A stretch of 63,403 bases of DNA, counting the filler, from Phoronis australis (lineage: Eukaryota > Animalia > Phoronida): assembly GCA_002633005.1 (NCBI GenBank). It is 3 parts of 3 records of this genome, joined end to end, with 100 filler letters (N's around TTAATTAATTAA, not from the genome) between each part and the next. Parts side by side here need not be neighbours in the genome. Positions count along the whole stretch, not along the records: positions 31,065 to 60,930 come from NMRA01000278.1; positions 61,031 to 63,403 come from NMRA01003709.1; 1 more part is not named here. One strand, written 5' to 3'. Positions 59,801-63,403 of this stretch are shown here, piece by piece. Every line of letters starts with the position of its first letter. Within the stretch, counting starts at the first letter, position 1. Made by a program: the position numbers and the translations under genes. The notes beneath the pieces were generated by a model. The model saw only the letters and a list, made by a program, of their open reading frames with translations, ran no database searches and was not told the DNA's origin.

Positions 59801-60602
59801 TTGCCATAAAAATAAGGAAAAATTCAATTTCCAATCATTATGGTGCATTAGGTTTTTATAGTCCACAGTATCTAAAATGTTATGTAAGACTGTTACCACG
59901 AACAAGCCGGTAGCTGCTAGCTATCGCCGAAAGCCATCTCTGTTCACTAAACATCCAAAGAAGAGCATCAAGTTATAGAAGTCCTGGTGATGTCATGGTA
60001 AGTAGGTATTGTAATGGTAAGTGGGTGTTGTAGTGGGTGTTGTAGCGGTAAGAGGGTGTCGTAGTGGTACGAGGGTGTTGTAGTGGTAAGAGGGTGCTGT
60101 AGTGGTAAGTGGGTGTTGTAGTGGTAAGAGGGTGTTGTAGTGGTAAGTGGGTGCTGTAGTGGNTAGTGGTAAGTGGGTGTTGCAGTGGTAAGTGAGTGTT
60201 GTAGTGGTAAGTGGGTGTTGCAGTGGTAAGTAGGTGTTACAGTCACGAAGTTTGGTCCAATGTACCTTTCCTTATAAATTAGTTAGAACCAAGTCGGCCG
60301 AATCTCCTAGACTACATCCATGTACAGCAATGTCCAACTTTCCGAAACTATTAATAACCCAACTGTAACTCACCTGAGATCAAGAGGAAACTGTTGGAAG
60401 CCGACGTTGGCAATAGTGGGGAACTGCGTCTCAATGAGGTATCCAATCAGTTTGGCACCTGCCTCGATGATTCCCAATGAGATGGCGATGGAGCCCCAGA
60501 CTTTGGCCCCAGCCCACGGGATGGCCGTGACCTCTGCGCGCATACTCATGATACAAAGCTTAATGCCCATGAAGGCTCCCAAAGAACCACCGGCTCCAAA
60601 TT
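32611..60602 (-). CDS. Internal fragment (~1051 aa, 17 exons) of a very large protein with D-x-[TS]-PP FN3/Ig-like repeats and a PAN/apple module
   Basis: Phase-consistent chain 60602-60374, 58981-58747, 57755-57627, 54701-54499, 53801-53654, 53240-53040, 50390-50247, 47733-47478, 45809-45607, 43435-43267, 41149-40973, 39004-38827, 37864-37671, 37404-37294, 37173-36903, 34670-34556, 32802-32611. Repeating DxTPP...W..F.D.ESGI..Y pattern. No start or stop; bounded by the assembly linkers. Confidence 0.9.
33470..33658. repeat. 31-bp minisatellite (~6 copies)
   Basis: Unit actatgtactctcaactatatctgtcattga; also present at 34072-34174. Confidence 0.9.
33600..34582. repeat. ~500-bp tandem duplicate across a single N (probable uncollapsed haplotype overlap)
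   Basis: About 33600-34070 versus 34110-34582, with scattered SNPs and N at 34071. Confidence 0.8.
34556..34670 (-). CDS. FN3-repeat gene exon
   Basis: 115 nt, phase 2-0; YQKYNDRLVLSWEYSDAESGIAEYRLTVYQFHSGITIQ. Confidence 0.87.
35302..36792 (+). mobile_element. non-autonomous DNA element with imperfect terminal IRs
   Basis: Left catgctatgaacattcccactaaa...tatttatccaccttggct; right gcgaaggtggataaat...tttagtggatgtgttcacgacatg; second copy at 31065-31447. Confidence 0.65.
36903..37173 (-). CDS. FN3-repeat gene exon
   Basis: 271 nt, phase 1-2; GFSDPESNITKY...KVTAENGA...SNGYIIDLTPP... Confidence 0.9.
37294..37404 (-). CDS. FN3-repeat gene exon
   Basis: 111 nt, phase 1-1; VRVDLTPPVQGRVTDGRGGLADMAYSRDITTIKAQWE. 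Confidence 0.88.
37671..37864 (-). CDS. FN3-repeat gene exon
   Basis: 194 nt, phase 2-1; YFVRMGSTAGGYDL...LTHNAVYYTMVTASNRGL...SSDG. Confidence 0.88.
37857..38081. repeat. 61-bp tandem repeat built on a splice acceptor
   Basis: atacctgaaa at 37861, 37922, 37983, 38044 (minus strand TATTTCAG|GTATTT); repeated again at 38244-38380 after an N. Confidence 0.9.
38827..39004 (-). CDS. FN3-repeat gene exon
   Basis: 178 nt, phase 1-2; LLVDKSPPIAGIVYDGLNYKHDLQFTSDNTQLCAHWQYFFDPHSGIM. Confidence 0.9.
39103..40620 (+). mobile_element. Helitron/HINE-like non-autonomous element with internal degenerate tandem units
   Basis: 5' aacaagag; sub-terminal IR gcgcccaca (39130-39138) versus tgtgggcgc (40605-40613); 3' hairpin CCACATAT-aa-ATATGTGG then an A-run; recurring ccaaatttcat and gccactagg blocks. 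Confidence 0.6.
40686..40841. repeat. ~77-bp tandem duplication
   Basis: cattttcaaca(t/c)gaaaaagaacaaaattaatgc...ggacgtaaattaat(t/a)gcacca x2. Confidence 0.85.
40973..41149 (-). CDS. FN3-repeat gene exon
   Basis: 177 nt, phase 1-1; GLSLVEFGLGRSKYDVKLRPY...AWIRLQILNN. Confidence 0.87.
41393..41554. repeat. 53-bp tandem repeat x3
   Basis: cactcaatagagaagttctcacgttgtccgtatgacaaagtgcccacatttaa. Confidence 0.92.
41839..43169. mobile_element. Kolobok-type non-autonomous DNA transposon with ~310-bp TIRs
   Basis: TTAA on both sides (41835-41838, 43170-43173); AGGTGAAGG / CCTTCGCCT termini; long IRs about 41839-42150 and 42865-43169; internal THAP pseudogene. Confidence 0.88.
42465..42908 (-). pseudogene. 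THAP-domain pseudogene in Kolobok-type element
   Basis: MPRFCCVLGCTHYR...CRFPKDDALCRTWL*LVH...YRVCGKHFLPSDY...LKKGNIPSL: C2CH, FP, W, HF and an AVP-like box; in-frame TAG at 42800-42798. Confidence 0.85.
43267..43435 (-). CDS. FN3-repeat gene exon
   Basis: 169 nt, phase 0-1; GLNNVIFGGSLVTSVCHSRPLIIDITPPIFH...NASDSLS. Confidence 0.87.
43538..43590. repeat. 10-bp tandem repeat x5
   Basis: ttaccagtca units. Confidence 0.9.
43859..45348. mobile_element. Tc1/mariner-pogo-type non-autonomous element (TA TSD)
   Basis: TA|ccttattcgccgtaataaccgccc ... gggcatttattacggcgaatacag|TA; sub-terminal ataa(a/g)cgcccc motifs. Confidence 0.8.
45607..45809 (-). CDS. FN3-repeat gene exon
   Basis: 203 nt, phase 1-0; ANWDEFEDKDSGMFGYTWKAG...HYYFTVQ. 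Confidence 0.88.
45900..46830 (+). mobile_element. degenerate member of the same Helitron/HINE-like family
   Basis: Recurring ccaaatttcat, gccactagag(g)g and aatgcgcccata blocks. Confidence 0.45.
47193..47495. repeat. 40-bp tandem repeat built on a splice donor (~7.5 copies)
   Basis: Unit attaccattgagataacttgtagttcagtattgaagacac = 18 nt of exon end + 22 nt of intron start on the minus strand. Confidence 0.93.
47478..47733 (-). CDS. FN3-repeat gene exon
   Basis: 256 nt, phase 0-1; NVINPGPGLCTMIDFTPPDPAN...ATSYLN. Confidence 0.87.
49286..49449. mobile_element. short G/C-run MITE of the same CAGTGGCGGAT family
   Basis: cagtggcggatttaaaggggggg...cccccc...cctggatccgaccctg. Confidence 0.65.
50159..50280. 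repeat. 32-bp tandem repeat built on a splice donor, running into a gap
   Basis: ccagagtttgttatatcaactcaccctgtata at 50159, 50191, 50223; minus strand ATACAGG|GTGAGT. Confidence 0.88.
50247..50390 (-). CDS. FN3-repeat gene exon
   Basis: 144 nt, phase 0-0; VLLKASAGWSYYERLNLG...INVDITNSLGYR. Confidence 0.83.
50520..51020. repeat. ~22-bp GC-rich minisatellite
   Basis: gggtactgccccatagcct(gca/aa) variants. Confidence 0.9.
51890..53015 (+). mobile_element. degenerate member of the same Helitron/HINE-like family
   Basis: Recurring (c)caa(a/g)tttcat...gagatatc...ggaca units; 3' end tgtgggcgcataaaa at 53001-53015. Confidence 0.5.
53040..53240 (-). CDS. FN3-repeat gene exon: PAN/apple-like module
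   Basis: 201 nt, phase 0-0; SSSACARRCLNFGRKCISFMYDVINKACLL fits the PAN pattern C-x3-C-x6-C-x-SF-x-Y-x6-C-x-L. Confidence 0.85.
53654..53801 (-). CDS. FN3-repeat gene exon
   Basis: 148 nt, phase 2-0; GSVTAFEDSPIKIESLAHGLGNSPGEQNGDTYFKW... Confidence 0.83.
54248..54532. repeat. ~41-bp tandem repeat built on a splice donor
   Basis: cacttactggatgaccctagggttagcgagtacagatacat units copy the exon end ...TACTCGGCTAACCCCAGGGTCATTCA|GTAAGT. Confidence 0.88.
54499..54701 (-). CDS. FN3-repeat gene exon
   Basis: 203 nt, phase 0-2; DWTQISAT...PLYFTVRAKNEQGMEALAQCHLETYDNTLPEGRV... Confidence 0.85.
55917..57557. mobile_element. second TTAA-flanked Kolobok-type element with truncated THAP start
   Basis: TTAA|aagggaactgta ... 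tacagtcccctt|TTAA; minus-strand MPFCMAPGCSNSSKKASSKGMVIAYHR from ATG 57263. Confidence 0.7.
57627..57755 (-). CDS. FN3-repeat gene exon
   Basis: 129 nt, phase 0-0; VVQLTDLDVTDTQFELAVDAQDDNSEVTMHYAVGSYKGGTDVI. Confidence 0.85.
58063..58494. mobile_element. fold-back MITE
   Basis: Long imperfect IR (about 58105-58210 versus 58302-58408) with atcaaggta / taccttgat ends. Confidence 0.75.
58747..58981 (-). CDS. FN3-repeat gene exon
   Basis: 235 nt, phase 2-0; GGMDLVLTPLRLELIAFVEV...EDDKSPPRF... Confidence 0.85.
59995..60240. repeat. 21-bp minisatellite
   Basis: gtagtggtaagtgggtgtt-type units. Confidence 0.9.
60374..60602 (-). CDS. FN3-repeat gene exon (G/A-rich amphipathic beta-strand-like region)
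   Basis: 229 nt, phase 1-2; FGAGGSLGAFMGIKLCIMSMRAEVTAIPWAGAKVWGSIAISLGIIEAGAKLIGYLIETQFP... Confidence 0.85.
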
Positions 60603-60930
60603 CTGGAACAAGAAGTAGGTCATTTCATAGGCAGCTAAACTCATTCCATATCAAGTGCATCTGTTTAAGCCATCATGAACCACTCTATCTGTCAAAAAAT
60701 AACCTTACATTTAGCCACTGACTTACAATTGTCCTTTACAGAAATAATGGTTTTTCTGGCCCAAGGAAGAATGGAGTGTTTGTAACAGGGACATGTTCAG
60801 TGCATAGAACCATTAACTAACCAAATCACCAAATTAAACAAGATTAAGGATGGGAGGTTTACGAAATTTTCAAAAACGTAAGGATGTTTTTAATTACCTA
60901 AAAGGGAAAAAATATAATATTTATTGTCTG

Positions 60931-61030
60931 NNNNNNNNNNNNNNNNNNNNNNNNNNNNNNNNNNNNNNNNNNNNTTAATTAATTAANNNNNNNNNNNNNN
61001 NNNNNNNNNNNNNNNNNNNNNNNNNNNNNN
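60931..61030. other. artificial scaffold/contig linker
   Basis: Identical 44N-TTAATTAATTAA-44N structure. Confidence 0.92.
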
Positions 61031-62579
61031 ACGCACACGATAACCAAAAAGTATTTCAACTGAGTCACGTGAGTTAGGCAAAGGCTAGCGCGAGACTGAG
61101 CGAAGCACAAAACTGAGCGAAGCGCGTGACACGCTGGCACGTGACATTTGCAAAATAGCATGGGAAGGTATCAGGTGAAATTTGTATGATTTGTATCCCT
61201 TGGACTTTTTATCCGTCAACATGCGTCATTTCACGTAACTTCCTCAAAATGTCACCCGGTAAGAGAAACTCGAGCAAACCACGACAGATTTTCATTGATT
61301 AGTTCAAATTATTCAGTTAGACTGGATCGTCTCCAGACTTATGGTACGTGTTAATTGTAACTCAATGTGCATATATGCATGTTTCATTAGATTTTATTTC
61401 CTGTATTTTGAAATTCGTAACTTTCTGTGGGAATATACTATCACGATGTAATTTGCCTAGCTGAGCCAGAGCCCGAGCCCGAGGACGCCTGTGCTGTGGT
61501 CGCAGGCTGCCTGTGACATTGTGACGGCTAAAACGGTAATTAAACTACTGAATTAGCCTTAAAACCACTTTTAAAAAGCTAGGAATTCGATTTGGTTACA
61601 AATCTACAACCACAGGCCTTCCGCTATTTGAACCGATGAAACCATGCTTCACTCACCTTACCACACTAAAACTTGCAACGGAAGTGACCAAACAACACTA
61701 AAATTTTAACTTGTCGCAAAGAAAATAATACTACCCAAATACTCTCAACAAAACTTGTCAATTAGAAATTTGGCCAATTAATCAAGCAATTAGTAAATCT
61801 AGTATCATTTAGTTGCTTTAATTTTAGAATTTTAGTAAAACCTTGAGACAAGTGACGTTTTTCAACGAACTATTTTCTTACGAGACTTTTACACCAGGGG
61901 TCTCTTCTGAATCTTTCTCAGTGCAAAAGAACCAGTGACAGGGATGAAGTGGCATTGTACTATAGCCTAAGCATGGAAGTCGGAACCTTTTTGTGGGCAA
62001 AAGCACTAAGGTTAATGATTGAAACCACCACTTTTACTCAGTGTTCAGTTTAAAGGTAGTGACTGCTCAGAAGCCCAGCGTACTCAGAGGCGGTCGGGAC
62101 TGGCTTCGTTCACTGGGTGGTCGACCTGCAGGGAAAGGATCAAAAATAAAAAAAATAAAAACGTCTCCAGGAAAACAAAATCAGCTACAAAAAAAAACAT
62201 AAAATTTTTAATGACTAAGAGGGGGAAAACTCCCTCCCTACCTTCCCTCCGCTACGCATCTCGGATTCGCGGGAATCCCCCCAGGCCTAAGAAAAGGTAG
62301 ATCTGTAGTGCCACCGACTCTAGCTGGTACTGACTCAGTCATCAGCACTCAGACACTGAGTACGCGGGAAGGGCACCTTTGTGGCGTTCAACTGGGACCC
62401 TCACTTATGGGATGTGAATTAACTGATGAATGATAAGACAACAACTGAAATAAAACATAGCGACGCATCTTTATTCTCCAATGACTGAAATATTTGCATC
62501 AAGTTCTGTTTTACCTTGGATTGAATTTCGAAATTTTAATACAGTCACCTAGAGGAAAGAGACGGGGCTCATCGTGATG

Positions 62580-63403
62580 CGGGTATCTAGGCCATGCACA
62601 CGTTGAGTGGCCGGCCGAGCACGATCGATATAGGGCTAAGTGCAAACGCGCATTCCAAAATATATCGATTTAATCGACACATTTCGTTTCGCGATAACCG
62701 GAGAAACTTCTCGTCGCTTGGCCCAGTGCACTATTACACCACTGGGCGACCGCTCACCACCGCCAGGGCGGAACAACGGGTGACTTCAAAGTTGTGTGGC
62801 AGTTGACCTCGCGACAAAACTAATTCCTGGTCGTCGCGCCCGTCACGGTGGCCCGCCGATCACCTGCACCGGTGCTTTCTGGCGCCGGGCGGAACCGAAC
62901 GGCCGGGAGCGCAAACTTCAAATCCCGCTAAATCGTCGTGGAGACCGTCCGGAGTTGGTATATGGTGCAACTCCGGACGGTCTGGGGTCAACAGAAAACC
63001 ACAGTTCAACTGTGTCTACACCAATGTGACAAACGAGAGTAGTTCTACTTGATACGCCAGCTGCAGGTATGCTTATCTCTTTTATGACACACAATGTGTG
63101 ACTGCGGGCAAAGCGTTTTCAAAATAGTGTGGATAAATCAGCGGAATGTGAGACCCCTGAGGTCCCTGTCAAGTCCTCATGACAATTCTACGTTATGTCC
63201 GGGTCCTCCGCCAACCTGGGGGTGCCCGGCGGTAACTGCAGGACTGCATCGTCGGTGACCGGCGTACCTGTGCTCCTAGCTGTCTGCCACTAACTAGCTG
63301 AGTACAGCGAGAGGCAGCGCGGGGCGGGCGCCGATATATAGCCACACGAGACGGACTGTGGTAGGTACTTGATACACGAGCAGGGACACGCCAAAGGGAC
63401 AGT
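62580..63403 (-). mobile_element. possible LTR retroelement 5' LTR plus PBS/leader (partial)
   Basis: Minus strand: TATATA near 63340, ...ttgtcaCA ending at 63025 followed by tTGGtgtagac (PBS-like); GC-rich leader with hairpins at 62942-62983 and 63000-63014; no gag ORF seen. Confidence 0.4.

Noticed and set aside
59968-60246. His/Thr/Pro-rich ORF
   Set aside because: Translation of an intronic 21-bp minisatellite
1-60602. The three co-oriented genes as a functional cluster
   Set aside because: An artificial linker separates the third gene from the first two, and co-orientation alone is not evidence in animals

Overview
Intron-rich, repeat-rich eukaryotic genomic DNA, most consistent with a marine invertebrate animal. 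It is not prokaryotic, and I see no CRISPR array or rRNA. Two artificial 100-nt linkers (44N-TTAATTAATTAA-44N at 30965-31064 and 60931-61030) split the window into three pieces whose adjacency may not be real. I reconstructed three minus-strand genes by chaining GT-AG exons with matching phases. (1) A SQSTM1/p62-like PB1 + ZZ gene with two ZZ exons, running off the left edge (<1-6048). (2) A 14-exon gene of about 1300 aa with a very long low-complexity N-terminal region and a C-terminal gamma-glutamylcyclotransferase-like (GGCT/AIG2) domain whose catalytic Glu appears replaced (9550-26786). (3) A 17-exon, about 1050-aa internal fragment of a large, probably extracellular protein with D-x-[TS]-PP FN3/Ig-like repeats and a PAN/apple module (32611-60602), cut at both ends by the linkers. 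Introns hold two TTAA-flanked Kolobok-type elements with THAP remnants, MITEs, tRNA-derived fragments, Helitron/HINE-like repeats and minisatellites. The most unusual signals are tandem repeats nucleated exactly on splice junctions (5 cases), a repeat family carrying regularly spaced co-oriented CTCF-like motifs, and the p62-like gene's two frame-incompatible ZZ exons with dual donors plus ISRE, kB, ARE and CRE motifs.
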